Assembly: GCF_964355755.1 (NCBI RefSeq)
Contig: NC_092674.1
Span: 12,586,001 to 12,650,000 of the forward strand
Source: Antedon mediterranea
Lineage: Eukaryota; Animalia; Echinodermata
Direction: 5' to 3'
DNA length: 64,000 bases
This document shows positions 25,655 through 39,919 of this stretch, one piece after another; the first letter of the stretch is position 1; every line of letters begins with the position of its first letter. The notes under the pieces were generated by a model. That model ran no database searches and had not been told where the DNA came from. It was given only the letters and a program-made list of their open reading frames with translations. A program made the translations under genes and the position numbers.

Positions 25655-27636
25655 TACCCAAAAAGAAAATTAGAATATTTAATAATAATAAGCCTTGGCT
25701 CACAAAAGATGTAAGAAAGGAATTACTTAAGAAATATATTGCATCCAAAAACAAATGCAACGAGATGGAAAAGAAAAAGATTCAAAAATGTGTAAATAAT
25801 AAAATCAAAGCATGTAAAAAAGAATATGAAGAAAAAAATGAGAACAAATTCAAGTGCCGGGACACCCGTCAGGCCTGGAATGGAGTTAGGAAAATTACAG
25901 GTATTAGGAAGAAAAATAATGAAATTGAACACAGTTTTAAACCAAATGATTTTAATATTTTTTATTCTAGATTTGATGAAATAAATTTTAAATGTGAAAT
26001 GACTGCATCTGCTGAACGGTTTAAAAATGAAATGAATGATAAAAGTGCAATAAAAATTGATGTAGATGATGTTAAGAAATATATGGAAAGGGTAAATGTT
26101 AGTAAAGCAAAGGGTCCGGACGGTGTATCAGGGCGTTTGATTAGATCATGTGCCTCTCAGCTTTCACCAATAATAAGCCAGCTTTTCCAGTGTTCACTGA
26201 ATACGGGGGTGGTACCTGATCTATGGAAGGTCTCTGAGATTATACCTGTTCCGAAAATGTGTAACCCTAAAATCATTAACGACTTCAGACCAGTGGCATT
26301 AACATCTATTCTAATGAAGATCCTTTAGAAAATTGTTAGAAGTCAACTAATGTCTGAATGTAGTGATTTTATGGATACTAACCAATTTGCATATTAATGT
26401 AATATAGGGGTCGATGATGTAATTATAACCTTGTTAGACCTGGTGGTTTCACATTTAGATAAGAAGGGGACCTATGCTCGAGGGCTACTCATAGACTTTT
26501 CATCGGCATTTAATTTGATGCAGCCTCATATTTTAATGAATAAAATGTCTGAATGGAAGGTTAATACTTACCTTGCTCTATGGGTTGGTGATTTTCTTAC
26601 AAATCGGCAACATTATGTTAAAGTTGGTAAATCTATCTCAGAGATTAGAAGGATCAACTCTGGTGCACCCCAGGGGTGTTGTCTGTCACCAAGTTTATTT
26701 ACAATATATACTAGTGAATGTCGATCTTCATGTAGCATTGTGTCATATAATCAAAGACGCAGATGACATGGTACTGATTGGTCTATTGAAAAATGCTGAC
26801 GATCATGTGTATAAGGCTGAATATGTTAAATTAATGTCATGGTGCAATGACAATTACCTTAAGATTAATTTTAATAAAACTAAAGAAATTATATGGGATT
26901 TTAGGAAAAAGAAAAGAAAAAGAGTTATCTGATAGTTAATGATCAGACAATTGAACGTGTTCATGAACCAAATATCTTGGTACACATATTGATGATCAAC
27001 TTAGTTTTGAAAAAAATACGGCCGAGATAATTAAGAAAGGTCACCAAAGGTTATATTTCCTAAGAAAGCTAAAGAAATTAATGTTAGCTGTGGTACTCTA
27101 AAATTATTCTATGAAACAGTTATTCAATCAGTACTAGTTATCTCTTTTATTGCTTGGTTCGGTAATTTAAATGAAACACACAAGAAAGGTCTCATTAGAA
27201 TTACTAAGATAGCATCAAATATAATTGGTTGTACGGTTAATGATTTAAAATATCTTTATGAAAAACAGGTCCTAAGTAAATTAAGTAAAATTTTAGAAGA
27301 TAAGAAACATCCATTGCATATGATATTTTTTAAGAACAAGTCAGACCGGTTACGGGCTCCTAGAGCTGATACGTCAAGAAACCGACTGTCTTTTGTACCA
27401 AATTCAACTCATATTTTTAACTCAAAGATTGTTAGATCATAATAGCGCACATGCAATATATATTTTAAAGTTTTACTGTTGATGGATGTTTTAATTAATG
27501 TTTTTAAATTGTAAATTTGTTCTATGTATGATGTAATTATGAATGTTTTACCATATTTTTCTGTCGAGGAAAACAATTTTTCCATGTACAATTTAGTATA
27601 TATGGAACGAATAAAGATTTGATTTGATTTGATTTG
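25655..27636 (+). mobile_element. 5'-truncated Rex1/Babar-like LINE (pseudogenised RT)
   Basis: KGPDG, DFRPVALTS, QFAY, LIDFSSAFN, GAPQGCCLSP, ADD motifs with stops and frameshifts; aataaa + (GATTT)4 tail; ATCAT TSD; empty paralogous site at ~55714. Confidence 0.85.
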
Positions 27637-28605
27637 ATCATCAGTTAATAAGAAACACGTTTTAAACGGCTTGCAACATGAACCAAAGCATCACTGGTCT
27701 CAATGACGATGCAGTACATACAGATAGCGCGCAGTCTGTTCAAACATAACAGCAACTCAACAACTCAGCTACCAATCGGCTATATCGATTTCTGATATAA
27801 TTTTATATACTGATTTTACAATTTTCCCTGCAAAATACCTCGATGATGTTTTAATATGCTGGACTTTTTTTTTGCAGTATAATTTCATTTTGTTTAAACT
27901 ACAGGCGTTGCCCGTGAAAAAAAACCCCTGCCGATGAAATTAGAAATGTTGTTTTAAAACTTTCTATAATATCTGCCTAAGAGAGAAATTTGAACAATGG
28001 AATAGAACATGAACTCAGTACTTTTGGATTTTAACCCACGAAGCCTCAACCTTTGCAATCGAACATTTTACCGGCACAAACGAAGCAAATTGAAAAAGTC
28101 AACATGTTGCTGATCTGGTAGATACCATTGACATGTTAGCGAAACAATACGCCATGTGTCTTAGAAAAGATAGTATTAAGGTTTTTTTTATTTTCTGATG
28201 TCATCGGTAGACTTTTAACGGCGGTAAAGTTACTTCCGAGTTCGTTATCACTTTGCGATGTCCGGGTTGCAACTACAAATTCGCTGTAGTCACAATAAAA
28301 CATCTGTACGAAACTCATGCAGCTGTCCCACATGTGAACGTGACATGTACATTGATATACATTTGAGTAAAAATATTCCATATTTCTCTCTTTAAACAAA
28401 CTAAAAAAAATGAACTAATTTATATTAATTATACTGTATATGGTTTGGCTATTTAATATTATTGTAACTCAGACTGTTTAAAACTTAATGAAGAAATAGC
28501 TCATAATGTTTAATATGTTATAAATTGTGTATACACTACGATACGACGTGACGTTATTATTACAGTAGTAGACAATGTATAAATATTATAATGTACCGAT
28601 GATAA

Positions 28606-29174
28606 TCTATATATAAATTATGGTTAATTCTGACAAAGGCGAGCACAATGCAAACACTTCGGTACAAATCTCCCCCTTGGATACCTACCTTATCTCTCCC
28701 AGATGTACCGCGAAACGTAGATTTGATAACATTAGTTTTCACATCGACGCTATTGTTCCATATTTCAATCTTAGGAAGATATTATAAAGGGTTTTATAAG
28801 AAATTTTCTGATTTCAATCAGTAAATTTTAACTCTACGCGCGGTAGAAGTAATTTCCGGGTTCACGGTAAGGTGTTGGTTTCAACCAGGGAGTTGTAAAA
28901 CAACTACCTGTTTCAAGTGCTTGGTGGCGATAGCCATTTTGTGTTTTTGTTTATTTTCGGACCGCGCGTGTGAAGGTATATAATATAATCATCTAATACA
29001 CTTAGGTTAGTGAGTACGTTTAGTTTTACGAATATCAAAAGCATAGTAACCGACCGAAATTGTCCAGGCCAGAATGTCCTTCTAAAACTGTTTACGACCA
29101 GAGTCATTATTATTCCGAGAACCATCGTCTACACTTCCTAGAGGGGGAGCGAGAGAAGCGAGCTCACCCTCTAG
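28606..29174 (+). mobile_element. Non-autonomous Helitron (duplicated copy)
   Basis: Copy of 381..949. Confidence 0.8.
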
Positions 29175-29495
29175 TAATTATTATGAATATTTATAAAGAT
29201 TAAACAAGTTATTACCAAGTGTGACACCAGTTGTTACAAAACCTTGGTTAATCTGACTTTCCAATTTCAAGATTAACCTTGACGAGGCAGCGGTGTTCCG
29301 AACCATGTGAGGGGTACAACCGTGCAGTTCTCGACAATTTAGTTGCAACAAAAATGATCTGTAATATGACCCGCGATGTGGTTGCTTCATTTAGGTATGT
29401 TATTACTGACACGCCCTTTAAATTGTAAAATTAAACACTTTTTAAATCACACTTAATTATATAGTAATATTATTATTAATGTGTGTAACACTTAC

Positions 29496-29594
29496 TTTGG
29501 CCTGAAGATCCAATTTAGCACCTTCCTTGAGCAAAATAGTGCAAACATCTGTGTGGCCGTTTTGTGCAGCCAAATGTAAAGGTGACCATCCATC
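29496..29594 (-). CDS. Ankyrin-repeat exon type A (copy)
   Basis: Same sequence as 1271..1369, splice sites intact. Confidence 0.9.
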
Positions 29595-30774
29595 CTGAAA
29601 TATTACAAACTATGTTATAGTAATTTTTCTCTAAACAAAATATTATAATATTGTCCTGAAATCAATACGATGTGATCAATTAAAAATGACGTTATAGATT
29701 TAGATAATGCTACACTATTAAATTAAATCAAGAGTATCAGCCCTTGATGTTTTCTTGAAGATAATGTATTGTATATGTATACATTTGTCTTTCTTGTATA
29801 ACATTTATTATATAAGTGCTTTATAAATCTATCAAACAAATAAGTGGGGTTTTTTGCCTTAAAAATAAACACTTCATCCGATAGTGCTAACTAGTCTGAG
29901 TGTAAATTATGATAAACTGGCAGTTAGCTAATTAATATCCATACTTCAAATTCTGTTCAGGTAACACATTTTGACTGCTAAATTCTTATCATTCATGGTT
30001 TCATTTTACCGTTACTTGGAGGGGATATGTTTTTTTAAATGTTTTATAAAATCAAATAAAAATCTCAATTCATATTTTTTGCATCATTTGGGCACACTAA
30101 TGTTATAGTGTAGACAGCTTGGAATGTTACGCGTGGCCGTAAAAAAAGCAAAACAAACATTGGAGGGGAGCAAAAACTCGGAAGTCGCAAAATAGTATTA
30201 GTGAAATGCGTAATAACAATGCAGTAATATTTATTAATTCATAAAGTTTATGAAATAATCAAATTAAAATAATTATTACAAAGTGCGACAGACAGTTATT
30301 ACAAAGTGCGACAGCTCGATTACTACAAGTGCGACACAGTACAAACGGGGTTTACAGATAGTAATTATATGCGATGTGTCTTTTTTAAGACAGTACTTAT
30401 CAGGAATGGACCCTATTTGTGTCCTTTCTTGCGTTTCGGGATCATTAATTTGAAAATAATATTAAGTTCTGTGGTGAGATCTTACTTGGAGATTCAGGGC
30501 TTTAAATGACTGCGACTTAAAAACTGTCTTTGATTTATCTTACTTCCCAATGTCAAGATTAACATTGATGAGGCAGCGTTGTTCCGAATTACGTGAGGGG
30601 TACCGTGCAGTTCTCGACAATACAGTCATCCTCACTACAAAGAGGCCTAAGTTGGTTCATTTAGGTATGTTATTACTGATACGCCCTTTAAAAATTGTAA
30701 AATTAGCACTTTGTTTTAATCACACTGAATTATATACTGTAGTACATATTATTATTAATGTTTGTAGCACTTAC

Positions 30775-30873
30775 ATTCTCCTGAAGATCCAAATTAGCAC
30801 CTGCCTTGAGCAAAATAGTGCAAACATCCGTTTGGCCCTTTAGTGCAGCCACATATAAAGGTGACGCTCCATT
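30775..30873 (-). CDS. Ankyrin-repeat exon type D (copy)
   Basis: Same sequence as 20452..20550, splice sites intact. Confidence 0.9.
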
Positions 30874-33800
30874 CTGAAATATTACAAACATTATGTTATA
30901 GTATTTTTTACTCTAAACAAAGTATTATAATATTGTCCTGCAATCAATACGATGTAATCAATTAAAAATAACGTTATAGATTTAAATAATGGTAATAATA
31001 GAGGGCTAAAATCACGCATTATGGCTTTGCACGATATTTTTTGGCGTTCCAGATAATTGTTTTTTTTATTGTTTACGTGTTTTAATATTATTTATGATTT
31101 TCAGACAAATTTTAAAAGCTTATATGCATGAAAATAGTGTAGTTTTCTCATCTTCTAAATCAAATGTCAACTGTATACGTGAAGCATAATTTTATTGGAT
31201 TGTTATTGTATTGTATTATATTGTTAAAACAATACATTTCAGTTCCAACTTATCCTTACATACATAAACTTGGTTCTTAATTGATATGAAAATCCTTATT
31301 GCAGCTTAAAAGAAGCTATACTGGTATTGAGCGCAGTAACATCTGACAAACGGCGGGCTTTGATAACTGCTGTAAAATCAACAGGGGCTAAATTTGAACC
31401 AGAACATTGGGTTAACCCGATATTAATCACGAAAGATGCCCTGGATTATTTATCATCATGTTTTAAATCAGATGTAATTGGAATTCTATAAACCTCAGCT
31501 TCATCCCTATTTCTAGATAAATGCCATTCATACTCATTGAGAGTTGGCTGGTTTATTTAGCAGAAACCAGATATCCTTTAACTTGCATCAGCTTAAACTT
31601 ATTATAGTTTGACCAAAATTATGCAAATATCCCTCCTACTCCCCTTGGGAGTTTTCTGCCGCTAGTTAGACCCCCTCCAAGGCAATTATTGTTATTGATT
31701 ATACGAATTACGTAATTAGTTAGCTTAGCAATGATCTATGCCTCAAAAGCTCGGACGAGTTAGAATTTGAGGCGAAATGTCATAGGTCAAGGTCACAACT
31801 AACAAAAAACTATTTTACTGCCTAGAGACCACAGTTTTTATCCAATTCTCACTAAATTTAGCCACAATGATCAATGATTCATCATATAATTGTGGTTAAA
31901 TTTTGAAGAGTCAGGGTCAAAGATCAAGGTTCACAAAAAACAAAAAAAAAGAAATAAAAAAAAAAATTAAAAAAAAAACCTCGGTGTGACTTAAACCTGC
32001 GACCTCAACTGTGAGAGGCTGGATACATAATCATTACACCAAACTTTCATCCACAACTTTGCAGTGTGTAGTTAGCCTATTTACACTTAGAACTAATAAA
32101 AAAAAATAAAAAATAAATATATATATATATATTTTCCAGAGACATTTTATGTAGGGGAATTTTACAGTAGGCGGAGGTTTGTACTCTCAGAGTACCCTCT
32201 AGTTGGAACTGTTATTTGTAATAGTACAGGCCTAATTTAAATGCAGAAGCTCACAGTAAGTTTACGTCGTTGTACCATTGTTTCCTGATAATTGGAATGT
32301 AATCAGTTTTTATTATAGTGATTTTTGATTTGACAAATTAAATTTGTCAAAACCAGAAATCACTATAATGTATGACTGATGAGTTCAAGTTCAATCTGAA
32401 AACATCACTGATGACACAAATTATAGCTAAACATTAATTATTATTGTCAACATAATCGAGTTAAAGGTATTGCTGTATATGTACGTAAATATCATAGTAT
32501 AGCATACTGACAAAAAACGTTACATAAGGTAATTAGTCTATTTTCGTATACTAAGCGACTTACATTTTCTATACCTGACATAATTATTTGAATTATGTAT
32601 ATCCCAATATATTTGGTTGGTGTCATAATAGGCGATTTTAAACTCTCATAAACATGCAATGAAATCCTCGTTATTGAAAAAAAAATCTATTTATTAATAT
32701 TAATATAATATGTTTTCTCTTTTTACTTGGTTAGATAAAACATGTTACCGAGAAACGGCAAACATTCTAGTTTAAATTCTTTATGTTAAGTACCCACAGA
32801 TTGCACTATTTTCTGTAAGCTTAAATAGGTTTTCTTTTCGTTCATGTGTTGGGAATAGAAAATATTACAGTGGGGGAAAGGCACTTCGCGTTTTGACCGT
32901 TAAATCGTGTAAAATCGACTTACTTCCGCATTGACGATTTTGAAGCGCCACCTATCGTTGAAAACTGAAACCACGATTTTTCGTCGCCTAGCAAATAAGT
33001 GCTGTTTTATTTTAAGCTCTCATGAATATTTATGAACCGCCCAACATTACCTATTATGGTAAAAGCATTTCCTAATAAGTATAATTGGATAACCAATCGG
33101 TTTCCTTCAAAGAAACCAAAGCTAATACAATACATTCGGCGACTGAAGTCGGGACTCGTGAAATTTATAAATGTGGTACGATTTGACTACTGTTTTGTTG
33201 TCCATTTTCTGTCCATAGTCGGAGGTGCATCCCAACAAATTACAAAAATTATAATCAATTGTTTTATCAAGAATAATATTAGTTTAATCGTTTAATCGAG
33301 TATGATATATTTCTATCCTGTTAAAAATTTGTTGGTGTATTCTCAGGCCTCGAAAGGTAGGTACATTTTGTAGCTGTGAGCGTGGTTTCGGCAACGCGAG
33401 ACACGTGTATCAGTATAGGCGATAGCGAGACGTGTGTTGTACTGTGTTGATGCTGATCCGATAATCGTTAAGTTGTACTGATTACGAGTATCATTGGTCC
33501 TGGCCGGCCTAGCCTGGTGATCTGATCCTCCCAAAAATACTTTTTTCAATCAGTATTAATATTATTATTTTTTTTTTCATTTATTATTTGATTTATTAGG
33601 CTCAATAGATGCCTAGCTAGGCTACTACTAGTTGGCCTAGATTATATAAATAATAATACACTAAATACTGTAATTTAAATAATAAAATACAGCCCCCCCC
33701 CCCCCCCCCGTTTTACTTCTTAGGACATCATATAATATTATAATTATATATACAGCCAGACATTAACATTTTTTTTAAATAATATTTATTATTTTTTCTG

Positions 33801-35979
33801 ACACTTTCAGGAATCGTTGATGATGCAGAGTTCTTCGTCATTGTGACTTCAAATTGAGAGTGAAATGGATAAAAAGATGACACCGGTACCTACCGACATT
33901 GTCATACCCAAACTATAATTTAATAATTTAAAACAAAATGTTGAATTGCAAATAATATATGTATGTTGCAGAGGATTTAGATGAATTACAATACAAATGT
34001 TTTATGTTGAATGCGAGTTATACTCTGTAAATTATGTTATTGTCATGTGGTAGACCTTAAAAATTGAATATTTATTGTATGCTAGGCCTATATTATATTT
34101 TATTAATACTATTACTGTATTACTATTATTTATATTAACAGTACTACTATAGTTTGTACATGTTTTTACAAAAAAAAAATGAATAAATAATTTGTTATTC
34201 AATCTAATTGCTTATTTGTTCATCGATAACAAAACAATTGTAAGCAAGTATATAACAGTTCTTGTTAGCCGCTTATTTCAGGTCATATTATTAATATTAC
34301 CTAGGCCCGATCACAACGTCACTAAGTGACTTTCCGCCCCTGGAACAATCGTTCGCTAAATAGGGCTAGGCCTCGGACTCGTATAAAAGCTATTATAATA
34401 GTTATGATAAATATTCCTTAACTAAAATGTATATTGTGATAAATAAACAAGTAATAATATACGTTGTATTGGAATGTATTTATTTATATGAATTCTTATA
34501 CGCGGACAATTATAAACATCGCGTATATCGTTCGCTATAAATAAATTCATAAACACGATGACGACGTGTTTACAAAATGGCGGTTTCGCTAGTTTTCGAT
34601 GGAACAAATAGAGATACCTTTAGTTTGAATAGTCGGAGCTGCATCCCAACAACCGAATTTTGTATCTTAATATCGTATTCTGTGGATTATTAATTTTTCT
34701 AACAGGGATTTTAAATTCAGGACTGTTCAATTTTTCTAAATATTTTATTTTAACGATTTTCTAGAGTAGGCTACAATTTCGGAAAAAAGACATTGGTTTA
34801 TTTTGCCGTTAAATTACAGATTATCGTTTTGTTCAAATACATTTAATTTTACATGACAATATATCACAACCATTTATGAATTTATTTCACTAACAATATT
34901 TTTCCGATAATCAGCTAAATTTACAAATATTGTGTTTTTCAAACACCCTAAAATTTAGCAATTTTGAACTAAATTAGAAAAGTAGGGCGCCCTCTCCGAG
35001 TCGAAATTTGACACGATTTGTCGACTGGCTCTCCCACTGTGTAAAAACAAGTAAAACAGAATAAATTAGCAATTGTCACTGCATACTCATCCTTCAAACT
35101 AGCCGCCATCAAGCAAACACTCAATTCACACTCATTCAGATAAACAAAAAAATGCACTTATTTTCGGATTATTTTTTTCTTACTTAATTTGTGTATTATT
35201 TTATATTAATGTACATCGTTTTTATTTAATATTATGACTCCAATTATATATTGGAAATAAGGATTTGATCGAGTCGACTTTAGATTTGCAAGTAACAGAG
35301 AAGCATTTCTCTTGTCCGTTGTCAGAAGGTTATTGAATCTTTGTTGTTGATTTCTCTAATACCTATATGTAATTAACCGCTTTACGTCAATCTGTGTAGT
35401 AGGTACTAACAATAATATGTATTAGAACTCTAGTAACTGTCCTTTTCTGATATCTATCTTCGACTCAATGTATTTCATTTCTTTCATGAATATGAACAGT
35501 TTATCTTAAATGAAAGTTGAATTGAATTTGAATTGCTTGTTTATTGTATTAACCATTGTCTGTAATTTTAGTATTAATTTCTTTAAAATGAATCTTATGA
35601 GCGTTAGTTTTACAGCAACAATAGTACTTTATTTAACATTTTATAATAAAAATAAATTACCTTGGATATGAATAAGTACAACACCGTGTTTGATATTATC
35701 AAGAAGTGATAACAGTAAACAATTGTATGAATATGCTTGATAAATAAATAGACATAGCAGTCAATGAATTATTCAACAATTAGTATAATTGTGTTTGTTT
35801 TAGAATACAATATTGTGTGTATAAATGTACGTGGCGGAGCGTTTATTAGAGGGTGGAGGTTGGATATTCCAAAGATGTTTTATTGGCGAGGGGCGTTTAT
35901 TCAAATATTTGCGGTAGGCCTAATTGGTATAATCAATATATTATTTAGTTTAAATCAAACACCAAGTAATGACAATCAT

Positions 35980-37961
35980 TACCCAAAAAGAAAATTAGAA
36001 TATTTAATAATAATAAGCCTTGGCTCACAAAAGATGTAAGAAAGGAATTACTTAAGAAATATATTGCATCCAAAAACAAATGCAACGAGATGGAAAAGAA
36101 AAAGATTCAAAAATGTGTAAATAATAAAATCAAAGCATGTAAAAAAGAATATGAAGAAAAAAATGAGAACAAATTCAAGTGCCGGGACACCCGTCAGGCC
36201 TGGAATGGAGTTAGGAAAATTACAGGTATTAGGAAGAAAAATAATGAAATTGAACACAGTTTTAAACCAAATGATTTTAATATTTTTTATTCTAGATTTG
36301 ATGAAATAAATTTTAAATGTGAAATGACTGCATCTGCTGAACGGTTTAAAAATGAAATGAATGATAAAAGTGCAATAAAAATTGATGTAGATGATGTTAA
36401 GAAATATATGGAAAGGGTAAATGTTAGTAAAGCAAAGGGTCCGGACGGTGTATCAGGGCGTTTGATTAGATCATGTGCCTCTCAGCTTTCACCAATAATA
36501 AGCCAGCTTTTCCAGTGTTCACTGAATACGGGGGTGGTACCTGATCTATGGAAGGTCTCTGAGATTATACCTGTTCCGAAAATGTGTAACCCTAAAATCA
36601 TTAACGACTTCAGACCAGTGGCATTAACATCTATTCTAATGAAGATCCTTTAGAAAATTGTTAGAAGTCAACTAATGTCTGAATGTAGTGATTTTATGGA
36701 TACTAACCAATTTGCATATTAATGTAATATAGGGGTCGATGATGTAATTATAACCTTGTTAGACCTGGTGGTTTCACATTTAGATAAGAAGGGGACCTAT
36801 GCTCGAGGGCTACTCATAGACTTTTCATCGGCATTTAATTTGATGCAGCCTCATATTTTAATGAATAAAATGTCTGAATGGAAGGTTAATACTTACCTTG
36901 CTCTATGGGTTGGTGATTTTCTTACAAATCGGCAACATTATGTTAAAGTTGGTAAATCTATCTCAGAGATTAGAAGGATCAACTCTGGTGCACCCCAGGG
37001 GTGTTGTCTGTCACCAAGTTTATTTACAATATATACTAGTGAATGTCGATCTTCATGTAGCATTGTGTCATATAATCAAAGACGCAGATGACATGGTACT
37101 GATTGGTCTATTGAAAAATGCTGACGATCATGTGTATAAGGCTGAATATGTTAAATTAATGTCATGGTGCAATGACAATTACCTTAAGATTAATTTTAAT
37201 AAAACTAAAGAAATTATATGGGATTTTAGGAAAAAGAAAAGAAAAAGAGTTATCTGATAGTTAATGATCAGACAATTGAACGTGTTCATGAACCAAATAT
37301 CTTGGTACACATATTGATGATCAACTTAGTTTTGAAAAAAATACGGCCGAGATAATTAAGAAAGGTCACCAAAGGTTATATTTCCTAAGAAAGCTAAAGA
37401 AATTAATGTTAGCTGTGGTACTCTAAAATTATTCTATGAAACAGTTATTCAATCAGTACTAGTTATCTCTTTTATTGCTTGGTTCGGTAATTTAAATGAA
37501 ACACACAAGAAAGGTCTCATTAGAATTACTAAGATAGCATCAAATATAATTGGTTGTACGGTTAATGATTTAAAATATCTTTATGAAAAACAGGTCCTAA
37601 GTAAATTAAGTAAAATTTTAGAAGATAAGAAACATCCATTGCATATGATATTTTTTAAGAACAAGTCAGACCGGTTACGGGCTCCTAGAGCTGATACGTC
37701 AAGAAACCGACTGTCTTTTGTACCAAATTCAACTCATATTTTTAACTCAAAGATTGTTAGATCATAATAGCGCACATGCAATATATATTTTAAAGTTTTA
37801 CTGTTGATGGATGTTTTAATTAATGTTTTTAAATTGTAAATTTGTTCTATGTATGATGTAATTATGAATGTTTTACCATATTTTTCTGTCGAGGAAAACA
37901 ATTTTTCCATGTACAATTTAGTATATATGGAACGAATAAAGATTTGATTTGATTTGATTTG
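35980..37961 (+). mobile_element. Rex1/Babar-like LINE (duplicated copy)
   Basis: Copy of 25655..27636 with the same lesions. Confidence 0.85.
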
Positions 37962-38930
37962 ATCATCAGTTAATAAGAAACACGTTTTAAACGGCTTGCA
38001 ACATGAACCAAAGCATCACTGGTCTCAATGACGATGCAGTACATACAGATAGCGCGCAGTCTGTTCAAACATAACAGCAACTCAACAACTCAGCTACCAA
38101 TCGGCTATATCGATTTCTGATATAATTTTATATACTGATTTTACAATTTTCCCTGCAAAATACCTCGATGATGTTTTAATATGCTGGACTTTTTTTTTGC
38201 AGTATAATTTCATTTTGTTTAAACTACAGGCGTTGCCCGTGAAAAAAAACCCCTGCCGATGAAATTAGAAATGTTGTTTTAAAACTTTCTATAATATCTG
38301 CCTAAGAGAGAAATTTGAACAATGGAATAGAACATGAACTCAGTACTTTTGGATTTTAACCCACGAAGCCTCAACCTTTGCAATCGAACATTTTACCGGC
38401 ACAAACGAAGCAAATTGAAAAAGTCAACATGTTGCTGATCTGGTAGATACCATTGACATGTTAGCGAAACAATACGCCATGTGTCTTAGAAAAGATAGTA
38501 TTAAGGTTTTTTTTATTTTCTGATGTCATCGGTAGACTTTTAACGGCGGTAAAGTTACTTCCGAGTTCGTTATCACTTTGCGATGTCCGGGTTGCAACTA
38601 CAAATTCGCTGTAGTCACAATAAAACATCTGTACGAAACTCATGCAGCTGTCCCACATGTGAACGTGACATGTACATTGATATACATTTGAGTAAAAATA
38701 TTCCATATTTCTCTCTTTAAACAAACTAAAAAAAATGAACTAATTTATATTAATTATACTGTATATGGTTTGGCTATTTAATATTATTGTAACTCAGACT
38801 GTTTAAAACTTAATGAAGAAATAGCTCATAATGTTTAATATGTTATAAATTGTGTATACACTACGATACGACGTGACGTTATTATTACAGTAGTAGACAA
38901 TGTATAAATATTATAATGTACCGATGATAA

Positions 38931-39499
38931 TCTATATATAAATTATGGTTAATTCTGACAAAGGCGAGCACAATGCAAACACTTCGGTACAAATCTCCCC
39001 CTTGGATACCTACCTTATCTCTCCCAGATGTACCGCGAAACGTAGATTTGATAACATTAGTTTTCACATCGACGCTATTGTTCCATATTTCAATCTTAGG
39101 AAGATATTATAAAGGGTTTTATAAGAAATTTTCTGATTTCAATCAGTAAATTTTAACTCTACGCGCGGTAGAAGTAATTTCCGGGTTCACGGTAAGGTGT
39201 TGGTTTCAACCAGGGAGTTGTAAAACAACTACCTGTTTCAAGTGCTTGGTGGCGATAGCCATTTTGTGTTTTTGTTTATTTTCGGACCGCGCGTGTGAAG
39301 GTATATAATATAATCATCTAATACACTTAGGTTAGTGAGTACGTTTAGTTTTACGAATATCAAAAGCATAGTAACCGACCGAAATTGTCCAGGCCAGAAT
39401 GTCCTTCTAAAACTGTTTACGACCAGAGTCATTATTATTCCGAGAACCATCGTCTACACTTCCTAGAGGGGGAGCGAGAGAAGCGAGCTCACCCTCTAG
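38931..39499 (+). mobile_element. Non-autonomous Helitron (duplicated copy)
   Basis: Copy of 381..949. Confidence 0.8.
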
Positions 39500-39820
39500 T
39501 AATTATTATGAATATTTATAAAGATTAAACAAGTTATTACCAAGTGTGACACCAGTTGTTACAAAACCTTGGTTAATCTGACTTTCCAATTTCAAGATTA
39601 ACCTTGACGAGGCAGCGGTGTTCCGAACCATGTGAGGGGTACAACCGTGCAGTTCTCGACAATTTAGTTGCAACAAAAATGATCTGTAATATGACCCGCG
39701 ATGTGGTTGCTTCATTTAGGTATGTTATTACTGACACGCCCTTTAAATTGTAAAATTAAACACTTTTTAAATCACACTTAATTATATAGTAATATTATTA
39801 TTAATGTGTGTAACACTTAC

Positions 39821-39919
39821 TTTGGCCTGAAGATCCAATTTAGCACCTTCCTTGAGCAAAATAGTGCAAACATCTGTGTGGCCGTTTTGTGCAGCCAAAT
39901 GTAAAGGTGACCATCCATC
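39821..39919 (-). CDS. Ankyrin-repeat exon type A (copy)
   Basis: Same sequence as 1271..1369, splice sites intact. Confidence 0.9.
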
